Positions 1-7,934 of a stretch of 23,435 nt of DNA are shown piece after piece. This DNA is from Candidatus Hermodarchaeum yapensis. Lineage in GTDB: Archaea > Asgardarchaeota > Hermodarchaeia > Hermodarchaeales > Hermodarchaeaceae. Within the stretch, counting starts at the first letter, position 1, and each line of letters begins with the position of its first letter. The translations under genes and the position numbers were made by a program. The notes under the pieces are model-generated. The model searched no databases, had not been told where the DNA came from, and saw only the letters and a list, made by a program, of their open reading frames with translations. The stretch covers positions 1 through 23,435 of the forward strand of contig JAEOSK010000041.1 in NCBI GenBank assembly GCA_016840405.1. The letters run 5' to 3'.

Positions 1-280
1 AGGGTCCTGAACAGGAGCGGATAAGACCGTTAAGTGGTAAATTCCTTGCTTGGCAATGGAATTAGTGTAAAGCCATGGACAACCTTCGGCACCGGTCCTC
101 CAAATTGGTATAGAGAATCAATGGCAATCGCATTGAAACTCATATACAAACTTTCGGGTATGATGCGAGCAAACGAAACCAGAACTAACTCTGTAGAAAG
201 AAATCTCAGGATAATGGAAATTACACCTACATAGAATAAAGATTTTTGAAAAAAAGAGAAGCACCCTATTCAGAAGCTTA

Positions 281-730
281 TTAATTGTCAACGGCTTTTT
301 CCAAAAGAAGATAGTGTCTTTTTTTGGCTTGATGTGCTGCAAGGGCTGCGAAAGTAAAAGCGATTGCATTAATAGGAATGAAGATTATCCGAAATGTTCC
401 AATATAGACTGAAAAAATGAGAAGGAGAATAACGAGGAGGCTCGTAGGATAAAAGCCGATTCTAAGAAACGCAAGGCGGGGTCGATAGGAGAAGCCTCCC
501 CAGCCAATGATGGCGAGAATGAGGGGAATAGGGAACAGCCACCAAATAAAGCTGGGTGTTCCTATGCTTGGAGTTGCTAAGAAGGTGATGAGAAGGGAAT
601 CTATCCAATGTATGGTGATTGTTGGTAACAGTGTGATATAGAGCATGGGTAGGAAATATCCTAAAATCACAAGAATAACTGCAATGAACACCCAGTCTTT
701 TGCACCGTTCAATAACCCTACCCTCGTCAA
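281..730 (-). CDS. Hypothetical integral membrane protein (about 4 TM segments)
   Basis: 149-aa ORF dominated by hydrophobic stretches, with a basic C-terminal tail; no recognisable family motif. Confidence 0.7.
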   Translation of the reverse strand: MTRVGLLNGAKDWVFIAVILVILGYFLPMLYITLLPTITIHWIDSLLITFLATPSIGTPSFIWWLFPIPLILAIIGWGGFSYRPRLAFLRIGFYPTSLLVILLLIFSVYIGTFRIIFIPINAIAFTFAALAAHQAKKRHYLLLEKAVDN

Positions 731-1032
731 ATGATGAATGAATCAATTGATATTTAATCCTTTAGCGGATTTAAGACTCGCTTGATTTTCGTATACTGGT
801 GGGCTTGTTCTCTGACTAAACTAGCAAATCCGCTTTTTGAAATAATCTATAGAATAATTCGCTCTCACGTCTTCGACTCGCCTAGAAACAACCTCACTTT
901 TTATTGTAGGTGTAAATACGGTTATCTACGGAAATATTCATACCGAACTAGACTACCGGCCCGAAGCTCACATAGGACTTCATGTAGGCTGTATAAATCT
1001 TATCTAAAAATTTCAGATAGATAGCTGATTTT

Positions 1033-1752
1033 CTACTTTGAAATTTTACGAAAGACAACCTCTTTGCCTACCATGCCTTTTTCTGCTAGTCTTTCTTTGA
1101 TTGAGATCATTAGTTCAGGTTGTTGGGATAAAGGGGTTCTTACTTTTCGGAAAAGGCGTTGCCAATTTCTAACTCCAAAGAGGGCAATTATGCTGAAGAT
1201 AATAACTAAAACAATACCAACTATCATGGCAAGGCTCAAAAGAATAATCTGCAATACGCCCCATAAAGGAATCACCACTAGAGGGAAAATAACAACAAAA
1301 ACAGTTTGTGAGACAATCGCATACCTTCTCACACGACGCTGTGCACACTCTTGACAGGCTACCCCATCAAAACCAAACATACCAAATGGAGAGGTAAAAG
1401 ATTGTTGGATTCGTATCAACTCGTCTGGGCATGCTAGGCATCCACAAATGGCGCACCAATCATAAGCTTGTTGCTCAGATTGACACGAACAGACACTGCC
1501 CTCAGGAAAAGGATGACGGTAGATTGACCGTGAATCATGATACACAAATCCAGTTAGGAACAGAAAATACACTCCCAACGTGATCCAAAACCAGCTCATC
1601 CATGTATAAATCAGCAAATAAAATGGAGGAAATATCCAACCAAAAAACCATCTTAAGAGACCATTAATAAAAGCAAGTATAACAAGCAGAACTCCAAGCA
1701 AAATCATGGTTTGATAAGGCTTGTTAGTACTGAGCACCCAAAGCTCTGCCAA
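1033..1752 (-). CDS. Membrane protein with an internal Cys-rich (B-box-like) zinc-binding domain
   Basis: Two N-terminal and two C-terminal hydrophobic segments flank CSC...WCAICGCLACPDE...ACQEC; GGTGGAG RBS-like sequence upstream of the TTG start. Confidence 0.75.
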   Translation of the reverse strand: MAELWVLSTNKPYQTMILLGVLLVILAFINGLLRWFFGWIFPPFYLLIYTWMSWFWITLGVYFLFLTGFVYHDSRSIYRHPFPEGSVCSCQSEQQAYDWCAICGCLACPDELIRIQQSFTSPFGMFGFDGVACQECAQRRVRRYAIVSQTVFVVIFPLVVIPLWGVLQIILLSLAMIVGIVLVIIFSIIALFGVRNWQRLFRKVRTPLSQQPELMISIKERLAEKGMVGKEVVFRKISK

Positions 1753-1883
1753 TCTACTCCACCTTTTCCCTCACACACATTATCAGCATAATCAATGAAA
1801 AATCATTCCCTTTACTGATAATACTTTCCTACAGGTAATGCCACAACAGTCAAAAAGGAGTATATCTTCACTTGAACTAGTGT

Positions 1884-1983
1884 GCCTCGGTAGCTCAGTG
1901 GTAGAGCGACAGCCTTGTATAGTGTCGACTTTGACATTCAGGTAAGCTGCTGGTCGTGGGTTCAATCCCCGCCCGAGGCTCCA
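1884..1983 (+). tRNA. tRNA-Thr(TGT) with 25-nt canonical intron (37/38; 1920-1944), CCA encoded
   Basis: Acceptor GCCTCGG/CCGAGGC, U73, D-arm GCTC/GAGC, anticodon loop CT-TGT-A|A. BHB: CTTG/CAGG helix, bulges TA|T and TA|A, outer helix AGTGTC/GACATT. Confidence 0.95.
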
Positions 1984-2059
1984 TTTCGCTTTTGGTTGGT
2001 CTTGGTAAGGACGGGTTGGGCGGTTGGGGTGTGGTTGATGTTGATGGGGTCGTGCGTCC

Positions 2060-2608
2060 TCATGGTTCATGAGGTGGTTGTGCAAGGTTGCCTTCGCGAA
2101 CGCACACATGGGTGGTGTTCGCTGGGGGTGATTGGAGGGCTTTCCGTAAGAAGGCAGTGTAGAGGGGACACTCTTCGAGTGCGGTAAAGGGGAACCACTT
2201 GAAGATTAGGGTATGCCCGTTTTCTTCTCCGAGGAAAGTATCCTGCTCATAAAGTGGCGAGTGTTCGGGGAACCGGCACAGGTAGTAGAACCCAAGCTCA
2301 TGAGATGGTGTTAAGAATAGCGGGTGGGTTGGGCCGGATCCCTCTTCATGCTGGAAGAAGTTTTCTACAACCCATAGGAGCCGTTCAATCTGAATTGGGG
2401 TCTCAGTCTCCTCGAGCATCTCGCGTTTCACAGCCTGCTCCGAGGTTTCCAGATGTCGTACCCGCCCTCCTGGGAGTGCCCAGAAGTCCCATCCCTCCAC
2501 CTGGTGTAGCAAAACGCGCCTGTCCTGGAAGACCACACCAGCGGTACGTAACATGAACCGCCCGGTTCCAACGGGAAAGAATATCATGCGTCCAAGAACG
2601 GCAGGCAT
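2060..2608 (-). CDS. NUDIX hydrolase
   Basis: Nudix box in WALPGGRVRHLETSEQAVKREMLEET, followed by RLLWVVENFF and HELGFYY. Confidence 0.9.
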   Translation of the reverse strand: MPAVLGRMIFFPVGTGRFMLRTAGVVFQDRRVLLHQVEGWDFWALPGGRVRHLETSEQAVKREMLEETETPIQIERLLWVVENFFQHEEGSGPTHPLFLTPSHELGFYYLCRFPEHSPLYEQDTFLGEENGHTLIFKWFPFTALEECPLYTAFLRKALQSPPANTTHVCVREGNLAQPPHEP

Positions 2609-2716
2609 CTCATATTTCTTTTGTCTTTAACTGCTAGTTCCTGAGTTTAGGAATAACCTTGTACGCGATGTGTTCAAACTTGGGAAGTTAGAAGTTGGTT
2701 AAGAACATGGGAAAAT

Positions 2717-2796
2717 TGGTGCGGGGGCCGGGCTTCGAACCCGGGAACTCCTACGAGACAGGATCTTAAGTCCTGCGCCTTTGACCAAACTTGGCT
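2717..2796 (-). pseudogene. tRNA-Leu(TAA) copy lacking a pairable 5' acceptor strand (nt 9 to CCA only); att-like duplicate or candidate split-tRNA 3' part
   Basis: Minus strand reads AGCCAAGTTTGGTCAAAGGCGCAGGAC-TTAAGA-TCCTG...GGTTCGAAGCCCGGCCCCCGCACCA. Upstream sequence (AAGGGGCT plus hairpin) cannot pair with CCCCCGC. Confidence 0.8.
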
Positions 2797-2891
2797 CTTG
2801 AGTCTACGGGGGGTAGAAAGCCCCTTCGGCTAACTCTATTATTTAATATAGGAAGTAGATTCCTGTTGTTACGGAGTGGGTTCTATTACAG

Positions 2892-4085
2892 GTGAATAAA
2901 GATGAAAGCATTGCGGAGCCTTATCGGTGGGTAATTCTTTGCTTGGCATGGTTGGGTTATTTTAGTGCTGGCATAGTTGCCTCCGCTCTCCCTCCCCTGG
3001 TTTCTCAGATATCAGCCGATTTGGGGTTATCAGGCACTCAAATGGGGGTGGTTCTCGGAATTGGGACATTAATGGTGGTTCCGTTAGCAATCCCGTTCGG
3101 GCTTCTTTTTGATCGAATTAACATTAAATGGGCAACCTTCGCCGGATTATTACTTATAGCCCTATCAGCGTTTTTACGAACCTTTGCCATAAGCTTTGAA
3201 AGTCTGGTTCTTTTTGTGGCTATTTTTGGAATTGGGAATACGTTAATCGTTATTGGCCTGGCGAAAATTATCGCGTTGTGGTTTGCTGGAAATGAGCGAG
3301 CAACGGCTTCGGGTATTTATGTCACAGGATTTGCCATAGGAAGTGGAATCGTTCTCATAATAACCAATAGTCTAATTGTACCACTTTTAGGAACCTGGCA
3401 AAATGCGTTCATGTTTTATGGACTTCTCGGGTTCCTTTTCGCTGCCCTTTGGCTCATATTTTGTAAAGAAATTTCACGGACGCAAGTCGAAGAACCTTTC
3501 CTTGGTGCCTTGAGAGAGAGCACGTCAACATTGGTGAAAGAGAAATATATCTGGTTAATTGGGTGCTTCGCCTTTCTGCTTTCTATTACCAGCTTTGCTT
3601 TCAGTGGGTGGCTTCCAACGTTTCTTGAAACAAAGGGCTTGACACCAGCTGTTGCTGGCGTAATCGCGTCAATCCCCCCTTGGATTGGAATCTTTGGTAG
3701 CATTACCATACCTAGACTCGGAAAACCCGGTTCGAGAAGGCTACTTCTCCTCATCCTTTTTCTGATTCAAGGCCTATTGGTATACCTCGTGATATGGACT
3801 TTTGGGGTACCTTTAATTGTAGTTTTAATCCTGTACGGATTCAGTTATGCTGGAGTATGGCCACTGCTCCTCGTAATACTCATGGATTTTCCAACCATTG
3901 GCGCAAAGTACATGGGCACCGCAACCGGGCTCTTAGCCACGTTTGGGGCAAGTGGCGGGTTTATCGGACCATTGATGGTAGGATATTTAGTCGAATTGAC
4001 AGGCGCCCTTACCCTTGGTTTCATTTTTCTGGCATTGATTCTAGTTGTGACTTTAATTCCTATACTCCTACTTCGCGAAAAATAA
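2892..4085 (+). CDS. Major facilitator superfamily transporter (CynX/NimT-like)
   Basis: 397 aa, about 12 hydrophobic segments, motif-A-like GLLFDRINIK, and WFAGNERATASGIY. Confidence 0.9.
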   Translation: MNKDESIAEPYRWVILCLAWLGYFSAGIVASALPPLVSQISADLGLSGTQMGVVLGIGTLMVVPLAIPFGLLFDRINIKWATFAGLLLIALSAFLRTFAISFESLVLFVAIFGIGNTLIVIGLAKIIALWFAGNERATASGIYVTGFAIGSGIVLIITNSLIVPLLGTWQNAFMFYGLLGFLFAALWLIFCKEISRTQVEEPFLGALRESTSTLVKEKYIWLIGCFAFLLSITSFAFSGWLPTFLETKGLTPAVAGVIASIPPWIGIFGSITIPRLGKPGSRRLLLLILFLIQGLLVYLVIWTFGVPLIVVLILYGFSYAGVWPLLLVILMDFPTIGAKYMGTATGLLATFGASGGFIGPLMVGYLVELTGALTLGFIFLALILVVTLIPILLLREK

Positions 4086-4225
4086 ACAACAAACCTTGGA
4101 TATTGCAACCCACTACTGTCTTTTTTCTAGCTCCTCGTTAGAGTATAAACAATATGGACTCTACACGATGGATATTTATCGTAAAGAGTTACAGTAGTTC
4201 AAGCTTGGGCTTCTCGGTGTTTCTA

Positions 4226-5215
4226 GTGGATCCAATTAGTAAAAAGATCATACAAGAGTTAATGGGCAATTGCCGCATCACATATCGACAGATGGCAAAG
4301 AAAACGGGGATAACGGCAACAAGCGTTAAAAAACGCATTTCAAAACTATGGAAGAATAGGGTCATCAGCCGACCCTATGTGCAGCTATCCTTAGCGATGC
4401 GTGATGCTGAGATTTCCCATACTGACCTGACCACTGATGGGACGGAACATGATGAACAACTTATCACTCAACTGGGCTCACATCCATCAGTATTTGGGGC
4501 TGTTCGGGTTGGTCTGCATAAATTTGCATCAGGTGGAAACGTTGTTGGACCCACAGGGCTCTTTGAGTTGGGACGATTTTACCGAAAGATTAGTTGTGTT
4601 AAAGAAGTGGATATCCAATTGGTCCGACCTGTGGGACCCTCACCAGTACCACCCAGTCAACTATACATCTATCGCGGACAAAAAATGACCTTCACTGATC
4701 CACAACTTAAGATCCTCCAGTTGTTATGGCAAAATGCACGGATTTCCGCAAAAGATATCGCAGAGCAGACTAACTACTCCGCACGACGAGTCGGTCAAAT
4801 TCTCCGTGAACTACAAACTGGAGGGGGTTTATACTTCATGGTCCACATGCGACCAAGCATGATGGACTCTATTCCATTTTGGCTTATCATCGATTATGAC
4901 GAAATAAAAATTGAACCATATGCTGCTGTTAAGTGGGTCTATGAGCAATTCCCAGATGCATATTGGAATGCCTGGCTATTTGCTAACAAACCTACTATCA
5001 TGCACTTTTGCACGGCAGAGACTATTCGAACGATTTCAGATATAGTAAACATCACCAAAGAGGCTCCATTTGCAAAACAAGTTCGTTCAGAGATATTCAG
5101 GCCTCAAAAATACTTTGTCGGACCTGGTTACATTCAATTAGGGGAACTGTTAGGGATCAAAGTTTCAAATCATGAAGCGGAATACTATAGTGGAAAAAGT
5201 GAACATGGCTTCTGA
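4226..5215 (+). CDS. Lrp/AsnC-family transcriptional regulator with two winged-HTH modules
   Basis: DPISKKIIQELMGNCRITYRQMAKKTGITATSVKKRISKL and TDPQLKILQLLWQNARISAKDIAEQTNYSARRV. Start placed at in-frame GTG 4226, the start of the first HTH (ORF track opens at 4154). Confidence 0.85.
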   Translation: MDPISKKIIQELMGNCRITYRQMAKKTGITATSVKKRISKLWKNRVISRPYVQLSLAMRDAEISHTDLTTDGTEHDEQLITQLGSHPSVFGAVRVGLHKFASGGNVVGPTGLFELGRFYRKISCVKEVDIQLVRPVGPSPVPPSQLYIYRGQKMTFTDPQLKILQLLWQNARISAKDIAEQTNYSARRVGQILRELQTGGGLYFMVHMRPSMMDSIPFWLIIDYDEIKIEPYAAVKWVYEQFPDAYWNAWLFANKPTIMHFCTAETIRTISDIVNITKEAPFAKQVRSEIFRPQKYFVGPGYIQLGELLGIKVSNHEAEYYSGKSEHGF

Positions 5216-5418
5216 TCGGTATTTTTTGGATTTCAGAACTCCTTCTCGGTTCAGATTATCAACCAACTGAATAATAATATTCCAATACTAGCGACTTTTT
5301 TCTTCATCTTTCAACCCTCATAGTTCACAGCTGTTTAAATGATGGTTCTGGACTTAAACAGAACGCAACAATAGCGTCTTCCAACAATTGGAGGGGCGAC
5401 CTATTGGAGGTATTATTC

Positions 5419-6594
5419 ATGAGGTTAAAATCGCGTAAAGTGATTACAATAGCCATCGGGCTGTGTTTTCTATTAGCTCTAGCCAGCGTCTCCGTTGGAA
5501 CTACTACTGCTTGGCGAAGACATCGAACCTATTTGGTATCCGCATCAGGAGATACATCGGGTGTCACCGATACAGCCCAGATTCAAGCCGCATTTGACAA
5601 AGCTGTTGAGCATCGAAGAAGTACAGTGAAGTTAGGTCCAGGTACCTTCTATCTGAACAAGGAAATCGTTGCTGTGAATTTCGATGGTACTTTCAAGGGC
5701 GCAGGGAAAGGAAAAACCATCATTCAAAACACGGAAAACCATCCATTCCCTCTTCTATCAGATCCATATTTTGGTCTTGATGGACCGCAACAAGTTGGAT
5801 TTGCTCTGATGTTTCTTTTCTACCAAAACGCCGATACAGAGAGTACGGCACATCATCCATATACAATAAAAATATCTGATATGACTATTCGTGTTGTGGG
5901 CGAATCCGAGGAATGGCAACTTCCCGGTTGGCCGGATTTCTTGCCCAACCCCACATCCATTAACCCTATCATGGTCACAGGCATAGCTAGGATGGAATAT
6001 GTTGAAGGCGAAATCTCCTACTTTAACCTATTTTGTCAGCGGTTGGAACTCGAAGGAATCATCAGTAGTTCCTACTTCTTGTTTGGGTCTAGTGCAGCGA
6101 ACGGTATCCAATTTGCCGGTTCTAACTGGCTTTATATGAGTCAATTGACAGGCATCTTCTCAGTGAAGGATTGCACCTTCAAATCGATATGTTGTGGTAT
6201 CTGTGCCTTGGGCGTATTCAAAGACTCCCTGCTCCATATCCAACACAATACTTTTGACGGTGTCGCGTGGGGAATGGAACTCTATCCCGGGAACATGTTA
6301 TGCATCATCGTGAACAATGACATGCATGAGGTTGGTACGCTTCCATCGTTATTTGGAGGCATTGGAATTTACCTCGAACAACATGATGCTGGTCCAGGAA
6401 AAATCCTAATCATTCGGAACACCATCGAATGTGCTGATTACGCAATCGGGATGTTGCTCGATGATGTGACAACATCACTCTCTGGATGTGTGATTTACAA
6501 CACCATAATTCTCGAGGGTCCCAACGCAGTGGGCATCATTAACCTTTGCAACGAAAATGTCAAATTCCATCACAACCCAATTCTTGGACCTTAA
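5419..6594 (+). CDS. Secreted right-handed beta-helix (pectate-lyase-like) protein
   Basis: GGAGGT RBS before ATG 5419; signal peptide; GDTSGVTDTAQIQAAFDKA...VKLGPGTFYL N-terminal motif; repeated I-x-x-N-T-I/F units at the C-terminus. Confidence 0.75.
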   Translation: MRLKSRKVITIAIGLCFLLALASVSVGTTTAWRRHRTYLVSASGDTSGVTDTAQIQAAFDKAVEHRRSTVKLGPGTFYLNKEIVAVNFDGTFKGAGKGKTIIQNTENHPFPLLSDPYFGLDGPQQVGFALMFLFYQNADTESTAHHPYTIKISDMTIRVVGESEEWQLPGWPDFLPNPTSINPIMVTGIARMEYVEGEISYFNLFCQRLELEGIISSSYFLFGSSAANGIQFAGSNWLYMSQLTGIFSVKDCTFKSICCGICALGVFKDSLLHIQHNTFDGVAWGMELYPGNMLCIIVNNDMHEVGTLPSLFGGIGIYLEQHDAGPGKILIIRNTIECADYAIGMLLDDVTTSLSGCVIYNTIILEGPNAVGIINLCNENVKFHHNPILGP

Positions 6595-6627
6595 ATCAGT
6601 GATAGCGAAAAACACTCACAGCCATCT

Positions 6628-6659
6628 GGGAGGCACCTGCCTCCCTCTCCATCTTTTTC
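6628..6659 (+). terminator. Hairpin plus pyrimidine/T tract after the beta-helix gene
   Basis: GGGAGGC-ACCT-GCCTCCC followed by TCTCCATCTTTTTT. Confidence 0.55.
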
Positions 6660-6716
6660 ATTGGTGAACTGAATAGAAACCTCCAAAGTGTCTTATTGAG
6701 TTGGGAGAGGTAAACA

Positions 6717-7154
6717 ATGGAGTATTCAGATCTTGTTAAAGGCTATCAGCAATTAATTAACAAGCCTAAGGCGGCTGCTCTCAAAGATGACCATGCTGAA
6801 CAAGTTGTGACAATCCATGAAACTGTATGGCTTAGGATTCTTCTCATTCACAGCCTGAAGAATCCTGATTTGGTAAGACTTGTAGTTGAGGTGTCTTTTC
6901 CGAATTGGGTATATGATATTTCCATGTCACTCAATAATGACGGAGTCATTAAGGAATCGTCACTCGGTCTTCCAGATGTATTGAAGGAGATGGTAATCCA
7001 CTTAGAGTATCTCCATAGATTGAGTGATGTGGGATTTCGGTTAGAGCTTTTAGCAGAGGAAGGGATTTGGAGTGCCTCGACTGAACTTAAACAACCTCCA
7101 TCGAAAGAACTATTCAAAGCTCTTGTACCCACAAAATCAATGGCTAAACACTGA
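6717..7154 (+). CDS. Hypothetical protein
   Basis: 145-aa ORF with GAGGT RBS and ATG, globular composition; no motif recognised. Confidence 0.75.
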   Translation: MEYSDLVKGYQQLINKPKAAALKDDHAEQVVTIHETVWLRILLIHSLKNPDLVRLVVEVSFPNWVYDISMSLNNDGVIKESSLGLPDVLKEMVIHLEYLHRLSDVGFRLELLAEEGIWSASTELKQPPSKELFKALVPTKSMAKH

Positions 7155-7304
7155 TACAAGGTTAGTATTCGACTTGGGAATATCGGTCATTGTTTGTGTT
7201 ATAACGGAAAAAGAGTGGGCAACCTGTATCAACTTGCCACACACCAGAAACGGAATTTATTATGTTTAAACTCGTGTCCTCCAGAATTCTTGAAAAAATG
7301 AAAT

Positions 7305-7415
7305 TGGTGCGGGGGCCGGGCTTCGAACCCGGGAACTCCTACGAGACAGGATCTTAAGTCCTGCGCCTTTGACCAAGCTTGGCTGTGAGGTCTATGTTGC
7401 GGTAGAAACCCCCGC
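7305..7415 (-). tRNA. tRNA-Leu(TAA) with a 23-nt non-canonical intron at position 8/9 (7385-7407), CCA encoded
   Basis: GCGGGGGT|TTCTACCGCAACATAGACCTCAC|AGCCAAGCTTGGTCAAAGGC...; removing the insert restores a complete type II cloverleaf. BHB: GGC/GCC, GGGG/CCTC, bulges GT|T and AC|A, outer TCTA/TAGA. Confidence 0.8.
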
Positions 7416-7587
7416 CGCTTAGTCTTCGGGACGCTGACCCTTTGGACAGGTCCCCCGCATAACAGGTGGAAAATCAAAGTTGTGTGGTTGCTTAAAATTG
7501 CTTCGTGTTGGAGATGGGGTACTAGGATTATTGGTGTCATGAACGGCTAGAATAAGGCTTAAAAGGTACGGGCTGTGGTTTAGTGCT

Positions 7588-7771
7588 GCCGAGGTAGCTT
7601 AGCCTGGTTGAGCGCCAGACTAGTAACCATTCTTGAAATATTAGGGTGATACTCATAGGGCTTTGCCCCAGGGTCAGAATAATGTGATGACTGGCGCACC
7701 GGAGAAATCTGGAGGTCGCGGGTTCGAATCGAAGCCCGGTGGGTTTCGCGGAAGGCCCGCCCTCGGCACCA
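7588..7771 (+). tRNA. Elongator-type tRNA-Met(CAT) with three introns: 30/31 (7619-7650), 37/38 (7658-7706), 59/60 (7729-7754)
   Basis: Acceptor GCCGAGG/CCTCGGC-A-CCA; spliced anticodon arm CCAGA-CTCATAA-TCTGG. BHBs: CGCC/GGTG with CTAGTA/TATTAG; CTCA/GGAG (one mismatch); TTCG/CGGA with CGAAGCCC/GGGTTTCG. Confidence 0.9.
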
Positions 7772-7784
7772 TTCGAGTATGTGA

Positions 7785-7861
7785 GCCTCAGTGGCATAGC
7801 ATGGTAGCGCACCACCTTGGTAAGGTGGGGGTCCCGGGTTCGAATCCCGGCTGAGGCTCCA
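7785..7861 (+). tRNA. tRNA-Thr(GGT), intronless, CCA encoded; 13 nt downstream of tRNA-Met (probably co-transcribed)
   Basis: GCCTCAG/CTGAGGC-T-CCA; CCACC-TT-GGT-AA-GGTGG; CCGGG-TTCGAAT-CCCGG. Confidence 0.95.
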
Positions 7862-7934
7862 ATTTTTCATTTATCGTCAGGTCTCTGTTGGAAATAAATC
7901 CGTGTACTGGTTAATTTGGTGTTGTGTTGGTTCA

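Larger units (their letters stand above)
2713..7384. repeat. 84-bp direct repeat (2713-2796 and 7301-7384; 83/84 identical) made of tRNA-Leu sequence, bracketing a ~4.5-kb four-gene islet
   Basis: Direct comparison shows a single mismatch (2789 a vs 7377 g). Geometry is intact tRNA, cargo, truncated tRNA copy. No integrase inside. Confidence 0.85.

Noticed and set aside
1-280. Short ORFs 34-234 and 118-369
   Set aside because: No motif or RBS support; cannot tell from the window edge which frame, if any, is coding.
782-1024. 80-aa ORF between the two membrane-protein genes
   Set aside because: Composition not protein-like; may be intergenic or a gene relic.
1984-2059. Strongly G/T-skewed spacer after tRNA-Thr(TGT)
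   Set aside because: No defined repeat unit; compatible with a terminator region between convergent genes.
7229-7870. ORFs 7229-7540, 7537-7815, 7580-7870 and 7663-7854 (likewise 1792-2109, 1915-2187, 10489-10707, 11801-12022)
   Set aside because: Shadows of tRNA genes.
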